From an uncultured Candidatus Saccharibacteria bacterium (GTDB lineage: Bacteria > Patescibacteriota > Minisyncoccia > Minisyncoccales > PEYH01): 26,358 bases of DNA. The notes under the pieces were generated by a model. It ran no database searches, had not been told where the DNA came from, and was given only the letters and a program-made list of their open reading frames with translations. The position numbers were made by a program, and so were the translations under genes. Below, in pieces: positions 8,182 to 17,056 of the stretch. The stretch's first letter is position 1. Every line of letters begins with the position of its first letter. The stretch lies in contig CAYNAX010000001.1 of the NCBI GenBank assembly GCA_964395745.1, positions 3,568 through 29,925 on the forward strand, written 5' to 3'.

Positions 8182-9384
8182 TTAGTGCATTGTGCCAATC
8201 ATTGAATAGATTGGCTTTATCATTGAAACCGCAAACAAAGCAATAACTCCTCCAATAACAAGCAGGAGGATTGGCTCAATAATTGAAGCCAGATTTTGAG
8301 TTGTATTGGTTACTTCTTCGTCAAAAAATTCTGCTAACCTTAATAAAACTTCAGAGGTTTGACCCGTCTCCTCTCCTACCTCCAACATTTGAACAAATAC
8401 TGGAGGATAAATCTCTGGAAATTGAGCAATTATTGAAGAAAGTTTTTTTCCTTTTTTTACATCTTTTGAGGCTTTTATTAAAACCTCCTTAAATTTCTCA
8501 TTAGAGACTGTCTCTGAAGTAATTTGTAGGGCTTCTACGATAGGCACACCGCCAGAAATCAAAGAGCTCAAAGTTCTGGCGCTATATGCGGTATTAATTT
8601 TTTTGATTAAGGTTGAAACAAATGGTATCTTTAAAACAAAATTATCCCAACTATTTTTAAGTTTGCTATTTCTTTTTAGAAGAATAATAAAGGCAATAAT
8701 CGAAAGTGGAATAAGCAACAAAAGATACCAATAATCTTTAAAATAATTTCCCAAATTCATTATTATTCTTGTGGTTTTGGGAAGTTCTATGTTTAAAGAC
8801 TTAAACGCTTCGCTTAATTTTGGAACAACCAAAACCAACATCACAACTCCAATTAAAATCATTGCAATTACTACTATCATAGGATACATTAGCGCTCCCT
8901 TTACCTTTGATCTCAATCGAAAATCCTTCTCTAAATGAGAGGCGAGAGTATCTAAAACATCTGGCAAGCCTCCAGTTTTTTCTCCCACCTTTACCATGCT
9001 TGAGAAAATTTTTGGAAAAACCCTTGGATATTCGGCAAGGGTTTCTGAAAAAGAACTGCCTTGAATAATTTTTTCTTTGATTTCTTGAAGGATTTTTTGA
9101 AAATATTTGTTTCTGCTCTGGGAGGTTAAGACATCTAAAGATTTAGGAAGAGAAACGCCAGCCGCAAGCATCACCTGTAGGTTTCTAATAGCCATCATTT
9201 TCTCTTTTAAAGGAACTCTTTTTAAACTTAAAAAACTTTTCTTTTGTTTGTCTAAAGAAGCTGAAATTAATAAAAAGCCCTGAGCTGAAAGTTTCTGGGC
9301 TAAGTCCTTCACATTAGCCGCCTCTTCTTTTCCAGAAACAGTTTCGCCTGATTCATTTTTTGCTAAATAACGATAAATGGCCAT
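8182..9384 (-). CDS. pilC: Type IV pilus platform protein PilC / GspF family
   Basis: N-terminal YRYLAKNESG, two T2SSF repeats (VGEKTGGL; VGEETGQT), ALMYP and IIEP motifs. Confidence 0.95.
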   Translation of the reverse strand: MAIYRYLAKNESGETVSGKEEAANVKDLAQKLSAQGFLLISASLDKQKKSFLSLKRVPLKEKMMAIRNLQVMLAAGVSLPKSLDVLTSQSRNKYFQKILQEIKEKIIQGSSFSETLAEYPRVFPKIFSSMVKVGEKTGGLPDVLDTLASHLEKDFRLRSKVKGALMYPMIVVIAMILIGVVMLVLVVPKLSEAFKSLNIELPKTTRIIMNLGNYFKDYWYLLLLIPLSIIAFIILLKRNSKLKNSWDNFVLKIPFVSTLIKKINTAYSARTLSSLISGGVPIVEALQITSETVSNEKFKEVLIKASKDVKKGKKLSSIIAQFPEIYPPVFVQMLEVGEETGQTSEVLLRLAEFFDEEVTNTTQNLASIIEPILLLVIGGVIALFAVSMIKPIYSMIGTMH

Positions 9385-9387
9385 AAT

Positions 9388-11133
9388 TTATTCAATTATT
9401 ACCCTCAAAACTTCTTCTATAGAAGTAATTCCTTGGGCTGCTTTTACAAACCCATCCTCTACCATCGTTCTCATTCCTTCTTTTAATGCCTGTTTTTGAA
9501 TTTCTTCATCGCTTACCTCTTGAGTGATTAATTTCTTTATTGTTTCTGTAACTGATAAAACCTCAAAAATACCGATTCTACCTTTATACCCTTCTTCGCA
9601 AGTTTTAGTGGGTTTTGGTCTGTAAAATTTAATATCGCGAATTGTTTTATTGCGCCCCTTTATTAATCCTTCTTCTTTTAAGATTTTTGTAATCCTTTCT
9701 AAGTCACAATATTTTGAAATTCTTTTTATGGCCGCGTCATCTAAATAATACTCTTCTTTATCTTCGCAAAGCCTCCTTACCAATCTCTGGGCTATAACTA
9801 TATTAAGGGTTGAGGCAATTAAAAAAGGTTCTACTTTCATATCTATCAATCTTGGAATTGCTCCAGCGGCGCTATTGGTGTGAAGAGTAGAAAGAACAAG
9901 ATGTCCGGTAAGGGCAGCATTTACTGCTAAAGAGGCGGTTTCATTATCTCTTATCTCTCCGACCATAATAATATCAGGGTCCTGCCTTAAAAGAGATCTT
10001 AAACCATTTGCAAAAGTTAAGCCAATCTCGGGTTTCACTTGGGTCTGATTAACCCGGGGCATTCTATACTCTACCGGATCTTCAATAGTAGAAATATTTA
10101 CCTCAGGTGTATTAAGAATTTCTATCATTGAATACAAAGTAGTTGTTTTTCCTGAACCAGTAGGACCGGTAACTAAAATCATTCCTGTAGGTTTTCGCAA
10201 AGCCATTTGAACTTCTTCTAGGTCTCTACCTCTTAATCCCAATGTCTCTAAGTTATAACCCTTTGATTCTTCTGGAAGGATTCGCATTACTACTTTTTCG
10301 CCGTTGATAACAGGCAGCACGGATACTCTCACAGAAAATTTGTTACCCCCGCTTTCAAATCTAAATCGTCCGTCTTGAGGTAGTCTGTGTTCATCTAGTT
10401 TTAGGTCTGAAAGCACTTTAATTCTCGCCACAATACCCGGAGCAATATTTTTAGGGAGAGTCATTACTTCTCTTAAAATTCCATCTATTCTATACCTTAC
10501 TAAAACCTCTTTCTCTGTCGGTTCTATATGAATATCAGAGGCGCGATCTAGAACCGCATGCTGAAGCAGAGTGTCAACTATTTTAATTATTGGAACTTCC
10601 TGAGCAATTTTTTCTAAATTGTCCTGTTTTTCTGCTTTTGTTTCGATTGTTTTTATGCCCTGCGCCTCTTTTTGAATAATTCTGCCAAACTCTGCACTGA
10701 GGGTTTTTTTGTATTGAGCAAGAGCATTTTTGATACTTTCTGGATCAGTAAGTCGGGGCAAAATTTTAAGATTAGTTTTCTTTTTTATAAAATCAATTGT
10801 CTGAAGGTCTTCTGGGTCAAGCATAGCCACTTCCAAATTTCTACCTTTTTTCCGAAAAGCAACAATATTATGAGCCCTAGCAATCGGTTCTGGAATAATC
10901 TCCAAAATTTCCTTGGGAATAATCTCGTCTTTTAAACTGATAAAAGGAATCCCAAGGATATATGCTTTTAAACGAATGAGTTCCTCGGGTGAAATTAATT
11001 TATCCAAAATTAAAACATCTTCCAGTTTTTTACCTGTTTTTTTTGCTTTCTCCTCTGCCTTTTTTAAATCTTTTTCTTTAACAAGGTTTGTGTCTAGAAG
11101 AAAAAGTTTGAGTTGTTGATCCTCAACCTTCAT
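9388..11133 (-). CDS. pilB: Type IV pilus extension ATPase PilB / GspE family (operon copy)
   Basis: Walker A GPTGSGKTT, Asp box TIEDPVE, Walker B RQDPDIIMVGEIRD, His box TGHLVLSTLH, and a long N-terminal domain. Confidence 0.95.
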   Translation of the reverse strand: MKVEDQQLKLFLLDTNLVKEKDLKKAEEKAKKTGKKLEDVLILDKLISPEELIRLKAYILGIPFISLKDEIIPKEILEIIPEPIARAHNIVAFRKKGRNLEVAMLDPEDLQTIDFIKKKTNLKILPRLTDPESIKNALAQYKKTLSAEFGRIIQKEAQGIKTIETKAEKQDNLEKIAQEVPIIKIVDTLLQHAVLDRASDIHIEPTEKEVLVRYRIDGILREVMTLPKNIAPGIVARIKVLSDLKLDEHRLPQDGRFRFESGGNKFSVRVSVLPVINGEKVVMRILPEESKGYNLETLGLRGRDLEEVQMALRKPTGMILVTGPTGSGKTTTLYSMIEILNTPEVNISTIEDPVEYRMPRVNQTQVKPEIGLTFANGLRSLLRQDPDIIMVGEIRDNETASLAVNAALTGHLVLSTLHTNSAAGAIPRLIDMKVEPFLIASTLNIVIAQRLVRRLCEDKEEYYLDDAAIKRISKYCDLERITKILKEEGLIKGRNKTIRDIKFYRPKPTKTCEEGYKGRIGIFEVLSVTETIKKLITQEVSDEEIQKQALKEGMRTMVEDGFVKAAQGITSIEEVLRVIIE

Positions 11134-11159
11134 ATCTAATAAATCTCTTTGGTAAAATT

Positions 11160-11525
11160 TTATTGAATGGTTTCTTTTATCTTTTTGATAACTTCGTCCA
11201 GTTTATAATCTGATTTTACCAGGTATGCTCGCGCGCCTAAACTGACGGCTTTCTCTATTCCTTGGGGGTTCTCTATATTGGTGAGAACTATTACTGGAAT
11301 ATCTTTTGTTTTCTCATCCTCTCTTAATTTTGCCAAGAGATCTAATCCGTGCATTTTGGGCAGAATAAGGTCAAGAAGAATTAAATCTGGAAGTTCCTGC
11401 TGCGCCAATCTTAAACCCGTCTCTCCATCAAGAGCGCTGAGAACCTTGTATCCTTCTTTTCTCAGAGTCTCCCCTATGGTTTTTTGAAGCGTTGCTTCAT
11501 CTTCTATAAATAATATTTTTTTCAT
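11160..11525 (-). CDS. Single-domain response regulator (REC only)
   Basis: KILFIEDE, LILLDLILP phospho-Asp, VIVLT and YLVK conserved. No output domain. Confidence 0.93.
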   Translation of the reverse strand: MKKILFIEDEATLQKTIGETLRKEGYKVLSALDGETGLRLAQQELPDLILLDLILPKMHGLDLLAKLREDEKTKDIPVIVLTNIENPQGIEKAVSLGARAYLVKSDYKLDEVIKKIKETIQ

Positions 11526-11535
11526 AAAACCAGGG

Positions 11536-12465
11536 TTAATTCTTAGGTAGGATTATTGTAAAAATGGTTCCTTTGCTAAGTTTTGAAGAAAAATATATTT
11601 TACCCCCTAGACGCTCAACAATAGTTTTTACAATAAAAAGGCCAAGTCCTGAACCGCAAGGATCTTTCTCCATAGCATTGCTTGCTCTAAAAAATTTTTG
11701 AAAAAGAAATTGTTTTGATTTGTCAGGTATACCTATGCCTGTATCCTGAATTTTCAAGATAACTTTTTTTCTCCCCTTATTTCTTGTTATTATTCTCACC
11801 CTTCCTTTAGGTTTATTGTATCTAATTGCATTATCTAAAAGATTTTCAACAACAGTTTTTAGCAAATCCTCTGGCTGAGTTATCTCAATTTTGTCAGGAT
11901 TACAATCAAGCTCTACTTTTATATTGGAGGCCCTTATTAAGGGAGAGAAATTTTTTACCACTTCTCTTATTATTTTGTTAAGGTCGAAGGGGTGTTTAGA
12001 AAAAACTCTTGGGTTTTTAATTTTGGCAACGATTACCAGATCATTAACTAAATTGTCCATTCTTTGAATGTTTTCTTCAATAAGGTCGAAATATTCTTTA
12101 TAAGAAGGAGGGAGTTGCTTGATTTCTTTTTCTTTTTGGACACTCTCCAGCAACCATTTAAGGTTGGTAATTGGGGCCCGAAGTTGATGAGAAACAATAT
12201 TGGAAAAATCCTCTTTGAGTTTGTTTATTTCTACTAGATCTTCCAAACTTCGGGTGATAACATAAGCAATAACAAACAGGATTGCAGAAATAGCAGAAAC
12301 TATTAAAGCAACGATACGCGGATCATCAATATATCTTTGGCCCAGAAAATAGAAAAAGATAGTTGAGACAATGTTAATAACGCCCATCACCAAGAACAAG
12401 AACTGAGGACACTGCCACAGAGGAAGGCCTAAACTTTTACAGTTTGAGATAAATTTTAGTCTCAT
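11536..12465 (-). CDS. Membrane sensor histidine kinase (2 TM, HisKA, HATPase_c)
   Basis: Two hydrophobic helices, H-box SHQLRAP, N-box NLLDNAIRY, G1 DTGIGIP, G2 GSGLGL. Confidence 0.93.
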   Translation of the reverse strand: MRLKFISNCKSLGLPLWQCPQFLFLVMGVINIVSTIFFYFLGQRYIDDPRIVALIVSAISAILFVIAYVITRSLEDLVEINKLKEDFSNIVSHQLRAPITNLKWLLESVQKEKEIKQLPPSYKEYFDLIEENIQRMDNLVNDLVIVAKIKNPRVFSKHPFDLNKIIREVVKNFSPLIRASNIKVELDCNPDKIEITQPEDLLKTVVENLLDNAIRYNKPKGRVRIITRNKGRKKVILKIQDTGIGIPDKSKQFLFQKFFRASNAMEKDPCGSGLGLFIVKTIVERLGGKIYFSSKLSKGTIFTIILPKN

Positions 12466-12471
12466 AGTTTT

Positions 12472-12501
12472 ATTCTATCATATTGTTTCAACCTCTGTCG
12501 A
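12472..12501 (-). promoter_or_regulatory. Putative extended -10 promoter of the HK-REC-pilus operon (leaderless geometry)
   Basis: Minus strand TCGACA (12501-12496), N18, TGA-TAGAAT (12477-12472), then 6 nt to the ATG at 12465. Confidence 0.55.
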
Positions 12502-12504
12502 CCT

Positions 12505-12528
12505 TTCGATATTTCGATATCTCGATAT
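12505..12528. repeat. Octamer direct repeat x3 (TTCGATAT TTCGATAT CTCGATAT)
   Basis: Read directly at 12505-12512, 12513-12520 and 12521-12528 in the divergent HK/rpsT intergenic region. Confidence 0.85.
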
Positions 12529-12541
12529 TTTTAATTCCTGC

Positions 12542-12570
12542 TTGAAATTATCATCATTTTCTGATAACCT
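12542..12570 (+). promoter_or_regulatory. Putative sigma70 promoter of rpsT
   Basis: TTGAAA (12542-12547), N17, TAACCT (12565-12570). Confidence 0.4.
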
Positions 12571-12601
12571 TGTGTATATAACAAAATTATTAAAAATTAA
12601 T

Positions 12602-12856
12602 ATGCCTATCAGCAAATCTGCCAAAAAAGCCCTTCGGCAAAGCATCAAAAGAAAAAAAAGGAACCTCTGGTACAAAAAAAGGATGAAATCCTTGATCAAG
12701 GAATTTCATTCTTTGCTTGGCGCAAACAAAAAAGAAGAAGCCAAAAAACTTCTTCCTAGCATTTACAAAATAATCGATAAATCAGCCAAGGTTGGAGTTT
12801 TGAAAAAGGGGGCTGCGGCAAGAAAAAAATCAAAAATTGCCAAGAAAGCAATCTAA
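12602..12856 (+). CDS. rpsT: 30S ribosomal protein S20
   Basis: MPISKSAKKALRQS..R...N and IDKSAKVGVLKKGAAARKKS match S20. Start corrected to the ATG at 12602. Confidence 0.96.
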   Translation: MPISKSAKKALRQSIKRKKRNLWYKKRMKSLIKEFHSLLGANKKEEAKKLLPSIYKIIDKSAKVGVLKKGAAARKKSKIAKKAI

Positions 12857-12858
12857 TT

Positions 12859-13770
12859 TTAGGTTTCCAAGATTAATAGCTCAAGCGCCTCTAATGAATC
12901 CATCTTTCCCGTTTTCACGGCTAAATCTATTTTAAATAATTTTTGATAGATTTGTTTTAACTTTTTAAGATCAAAAAAACGGCTCAATTCTTGGATTTTT
13001 TTTATTTGGAAAAAAGACATTCCAGACTCCTCAATAAAACGAGGGGAGTTTTTTCCTTCTTGATATACAATAAGATTCCTGAACTGAAAATTAATCATTG
13101 CTAAAAGATAAAGAGGTGAATCTCCTTTTTGAAGATGTTGATTAATAAGATTAAGCGCTGTTTTTTTATGTCTTTTGGCAATTGCTTCTATCATTCTAAA
13201 AACATCTAAATCAATCTCTGGCTTAACAAGTTTTAACACATCCTGGGTGTCTATTTTTCTCTCAAAGAATTTATAGGCCTTTAATTTTGCCAGTTCGCTA
13301 GCAAAACGCTCAGGATGAGAGCCTAAAAATTCAACAAGGGTATCCAGAGCGATATCGTCTATAGTAAAATTCTCTTCTTTGAGGTCATTTTTAATAATTT
13401 TTTTTATCTCTGCCTTACCTAATAAAGAAAATTGAAAAACCTTTCCTATTTTTTGAATTTCTTTTAAAAGTTTATCTTTTGAAGAAATTTCTTTACTTTC
13501 AAAAATAATAATCTCTTGATCCTGGAGTTTCTTTATTCCTTTTTGAAATTCCTCTTTTAAAGTTTTTCTTTCCCACAAAGAGTTTATTACAAAAAACTTT
13601 TTCTCTCCAAAAAGAGATTGCGACCTAAACTCCTCTAAAAATTGCCTAACATCTGCATAATCTTTATCAAGAAATTCCGGAGTAAAACCTCTTTTTTTAT
13701 AATCCTCTATCAATTCTTGCTTTTTTTTCTTAGACAAATATATGTTTTTTCCGTAGATTAAATAAATCAT
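12859..13770 (-). CDS. holA: DNA polymerase III subunit delta
   Basis: MIYLIYG start, SQSLFGEKK, ELAKLKAY, and C-terminal DLAVKTG. The ATG at 13770 overlaps the mutM stop (ATGA). Convergent with rpsT. Confidence 0.9.
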   Translation of the reverse strand: MIYLIYGKNIYLSKKKKQELIEDYKKRGFTPEFLDKDYADVRQFLEEFRSQSLFGEKKFFVINSLWERKTLKEEFQKGIKKLQDQEIIIFESKEISSKDKLLKEIQKIGKVFQFSLLGKAEIKKIIKNDLKEENFTIDDIALDTLVEFLGSHPERFASELAKLKAYKFFERKIDTQDVLKLVKPEIDLDVFRMIEAIAKRHKKTALNLINQHLQKGDSPLYLLAMINFQFRNLIVYQEGKNSPRFIEESGMSFFQIKKIQELSRFFDLKKLKQIYQKLFKIDLAVKTGKMDSLEALELLILET

Positions 13771-14639
13771 AGTTTTTGACATTTTGGACAAAAATAAGTA
13801 GAACGTGATCCTATTTTTCTTCGTTCTATTTTTGTACCACAAACATAACAAGGCATTCCTTCTCGTCTATAAACTTTTCTTTCTTTATCAAACCCTCCTT
13901 TCCTACCATCAGGCCTTCGATAATCAGAAATACTTTCTCCTCCCAACTTAATTGCTTTTTTTAACACGCTCTTGATGCTTTTATAAATTCTTTCTGATTC
14001 TTTTACCTTAAGGGTGTTGGCTGGTTTAAAAGGGTGAACTCTTGCCCGAAAGAGAATTTCGTCAGAATAAATATTGCCTATGCCTGAAATTATTTTTTGA
14101 TCCATCAAAACTGCTTTGATTTTTCTTTTTTGGTTTTGTATTATCTCTTTAAATTTATCAAAGGTGAAATTTTTATCTAAAGGATCGGGGCCTAATTGTT
14201 TTAAATCTTTTAGGTTCTCTAATTCTCTTGCTGTTAAAAGTTCTATTCTTCCAAATTTTCTTAAATCAGAAAAAGCAATCATTAACCCATTGTCTAAAAA
14301 AAATATAAGATGTATAAACCTATTCATTGGATCTTCTAAAGGGCCTTTTTTAACAGAAACCCATTCTCCTTTTTCTTTTTTCCATTGGCCCACAAGCAAA
14401 TGTCCTGTAAGTTTTTGATGAATTAAGAGTCGCTTGTCTCCTGACAAATAGAAAATGATAAATTTACCCTTTCTTTTAATGTCTTGTATTTTTCTTCCTT
14501 TTATTTCTCTCTTGAATTTTGCTAGGTTCGGTTTCTTGATAAGTTTGGGAGTGTCTGTCCATATATCAAGAAAAGTCCTTTGAAGGACTTTTCTTTTCAA
14601 ATCCAAAACCGTTGTTTCTACTTCTGGAAGTTCTGGCAT
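13767..14639 (-). CDS. mutM: Formamidopyrimidine-DNA glycosylase / AP lyase
   Basis: N-terminal MPELPEVET, RKGK, H2TH GIGNIYSDEILF, and zinc finger CYVC...CPKCQ. Confidence 0.98.
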   Translation of the reverse strand: MPELPEVETTVLDLKRKVLQRTFLDIWTDTPKLIKKPNLAKFKREIKGRKIQDIKRKGKFIIFYLSGDKRLLIHQKLTGHLLVGQWKKEKGEWVSVKKGPLEDPMNRFIHLIFFLDNGLMIAFSDLRKFGRIELLTARELENLKDLKQLGPDPLDKNFTFDKFKEIIQNQKRKIKAVLMDQKIISGIGNIYSDEILFRARVHPFKPANTLKVKESERIYKSIKSVLKKAIKLGGESISDYRRPDGRKGGFDKERKVYRREGMPCYVCGTKIERRKIGSRSTYFCPKCQKL

Positions 14640-14644
14640 AATAT

Positions 14645-15019
14645 CTATTTGTTTTTTGCTAAAACAAGTTTGATCTTTTCTACAATCTCCTCTGGAGTAA
14701 AGTGGGCTTTAATAAGAAAATCTACCGCTCCCAGATTAAGCCCTTTCTCTATTTCATCTTTCTGTCCTAAGTTTGAAAGAATAACCACCGGAATAGAAGC
14801 TGTCTTTTCGTCCTCCTTTATTCTTTTTAAAACCTCAAACCCATCAATACCTGGTAAAATTAAATCAAGAAGAATTAAATCGGGCATTATCTTTTTTGCC
14901 TTTCTCACACCATCTTCACCATCTATTGCTTCTTCTACTTCATACCCTTCTTTGATAAGCTTCTTGGCTATAAGCTCTCTTAAGAATTTATCATCTTCAA
15001 CTATTAAAATTTGTGCCAT
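14645..15019 (-). CDS. Single-domain response regulator (REC only)
   Basis: ILIVEDD, LILLDLILP, VVILS and FLIK. No output domain. Confidence 0.93.
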   Translation of the reverse strand: MAQILIVEDDKFLRELIAKKLIKEGYEVEEAIDGEDGVRKAKKIMPDLILLDLILPGIDGFEVLKRIKEDEKTASIPVVILSNLGQKDEIEKGLNLGAVDFLIKAHFTPEEIVEKIKLVLAKNK

Positions 15020-15058
15020 ATATAAGTTTTAATTTTATACAGCAATTTAAAGTGTTTG

Positions 15059-15436
15059 TTATTCTGGTTCTCCTAACACTGCTTTCACCTTTTGCAAAAC
15101 CTCTGCTGGGTCAAACTCTGTTTTAATAAGCCAATCCTTAGCTCCAAGTTGCTTTGCCTTATCTAACTCTACGGGTTGTCCTGAATTAGAAATAATAATG
15201 ACAGGAATATCCTTGATTGATGGATCTTTTTGCATTGCCTCCATTACTTCAAAGCCGCTTATCTTTGGCATTATTATATCCAATAATACCAAATCAGGGA
15301 CAATATCGCGAATAGCCTTCAATCCTTTTTCTCCGTCTAGGGCACAGTAAACATCATATCCCAAACCTTCTAGTTTGTCTTTTAGAAGGTCTAGTAAAAT
15401 TTCTTCATCTTCAATAATAAGTATTTTTTTTGCCAT
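15059..15436 (-). CDS. Single-domain response regulator (REC only)
   Basis: ILIIEDE, LVLLDIIMP, VIIIS and WLIK. No output domain. Confidence 0.93.
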   Translation of the reverse strand: MAKKILIIEDEEILLDLLKDKLEGLGYDVYCALDGEKGLKAIRDIVPDLVLLDIIMPKISGFEVMEAMQKDPSIKDIPVIIISNSGQPVELDKAKQLGAKDWLIKTEFDPAEVLQKVKAVLGEPE

Positions 15437-15465
15437 AAATTTTCTTTAATATTAACCCTTTTAAT

Positions 15466-15493
15466 ATTATATCATTTAAAATGCTAATGGCAA
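15466..15493 (-). promoter_or_regulatory. Putative internal promoter for the two receiver genes
   Basis: Minus strand TTGCCA (15493-15488), N16, with TGA-TATAAT extended -10 (15471-15466). Confidence 0.6.
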
Positions 15494-17053
15494 AGTAAAA
15501 TAAAAAGTTGTTCCTTTATTCTCTTGAGATTTAAACCAAATTTTGCCCCCATGCGCTTCTATAATATTTTTTGTGATAAAAAGCCCCAAGCCCGTTCCCT
15601 CTGTTTGCATTCTAACAACATTTGCTCCTCTAAAAAATTTTGTAAAGATTCTCTCTTGTTGATCTTTAGGAATTCCTACTCCAGTATCCTTAACAGAAAA
15701 AACAAGTTCACGCCTCTTTTTTCTCTCCTTAACAGAAACTTCTACCTTTCCTTTTTCCGGCGTATATTTAAGCGCGTTTTCTATTAGGTTCTTCACCGCC
15801 AAACTTATCTTTTCTACATCTACCTTTACTATTTTTTTGCCTTCAGAAATTTCCAGCTTAAATTCAATTTTCTTTTGTTTAGCATACTCTTTTAACGAAT
15901 TATATACCGATTCTACAATTTCTGAGAACTCTACAATTTTGGGCTCATAAACAAACCTGCCCTCTTCTATTCTGGCAACATTTAGAAGATCGTTCACTAA
16001 GTCAATCATTCTTTCATTTGTCTGATATGCTTTTAAAACAAGATCTTTGTCTTCTTTGCTTAATCTTTTTCCCTCTCTTAAAAGACTTAAACTCCATTTA
16101 ATAATTGAGAGGGGCGTTCTTAGTTGGTGAGCAGCAACAGATACAAATTGACTCTTCATCTGTTCTATCAATTTTTCTCTTGAAACATCGTGTAAAATAA
16201 CCAAAATAAGTTTTTCCTTCCCTTGTAATTCAACTATGCTGATGGTTATTTCCAAGAAAAATGATTTACTTATTGCCATCTCCTTTCTAAAAACCTCTTT
16301 TGTTTCCTCTCCCGCTATTTTAAAAATTTGGGCCCACCTTCTGTTTTTTCTCTTTAATGTTTTAGCATCTTTCCCTAAAACCTCTTCTGCTTTTGTTTTT
16401 AGAAATTCTTCGGCTTTAGGATTAATTAAAATTAATTTCTTTGTTTTGTTGAAAACCAAAATCCCATCTACAAAATTCTTAATAATAGCCTCTGTCTTTT
16501 TTCTTTCTTCTTCAGCCCGCCGACGGGCTTCTTCTGTGTCTTCTAATATATTTAAAAGGGCTTTTCGCGACTCCTCTAATTCTTTTGTCCTTTGAATAAC
16601 CTTCTGTTCAATTTCTTCTTGGATTCTTTTTAAGCCGCTAATATCAGTTATTGCGACAAAAAACCCCACAATGTCACCCTCCACATCTTTTCTTGCAGCA
16701 AAAGAAACCTTAACAGCAATCTTTTTTTTCTCTTTTGTTAGTAAGGTCAATTGTATGTTTTCTGTCTCCCCTGATTCTAATAGGTGCTTCTGAATTTTTT
16801 TAACTTTCTCTTTTTCTAAGAAAATCTTTTCTAACCTTTCTCCAACAATCTCTATTTGGTTGTATCCTGTTAGTTTTTCAAAAGATTTATTTGTATTGCT
16901 TATCACTCCCAAAGGATTTAAATCACAAATCGCTATGGGCAGAAAAGAAAAAAGATCGTTTAAATACGAAGAAACATTTAACAGTTCTTCTTTTGTTTCT
17001 TTGACTTCTTCTCTGAGTTTTAAAAATCTCTTTTTAGACAAAAAACAAAACAT
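15476..17053 (-). CDS. Cytoplasmic PAS-PAS histidine kinase
   Basis: No TM. PAS1 (NKSFEKLTGY..EIVG), coiled coil (VIQRTKEL), PAS2 (DGILVF..INPKAEEFL), H-box AHQLRTP, NLIENALKY, DTGVGIP and GTGLGL. Confidence 0.93.
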   Translation of the reverse strand: MFCFLSKKRFLKLREEVKETKEELLNVSSYLNDLFSFLPIAICDLNPLGVISNTNKSFEKLTGYNQIEIVGERLEKIFLEKEKVKKIQKHLLESGETENIQLTLLTKEKKKIAVKVSFAARKDVEGDIVGFFVAITDISGLKRIQEEIEQKVIQRTKELEESRKALLNILEDTEEARRRAEEERKKTEAIIKNFVDGILVFNKTKKLILINPKAEEFLKTKAEEVLGKDAKTLKRKNRRWAQIFKIAGEETKEVFRKEMAISKSFFLEITISIVELQGKEKLILVILHDVSREKLIEQMKSQFVSVAAHQLRTPLSIIKWSLSLLREGKRLSKEDKDLVLKAYQTNERMIDLVNDLLNVARIEEGRFVYEPKIVEFSEIVESVYNSLKEYAKQKKIEFKLEISEGKKIVKVDVEKISLAVKNLIENALKYTPEKGKVEVSVKERKKRRELVFSVKDTGVGIPKDQQERIFTKFFRGANVVRMQTEGTGLGLFITKNIIEAHGGKIWFKSQENKGTTFYFTLPLAF

Positions 17054-17056
17054 ATC

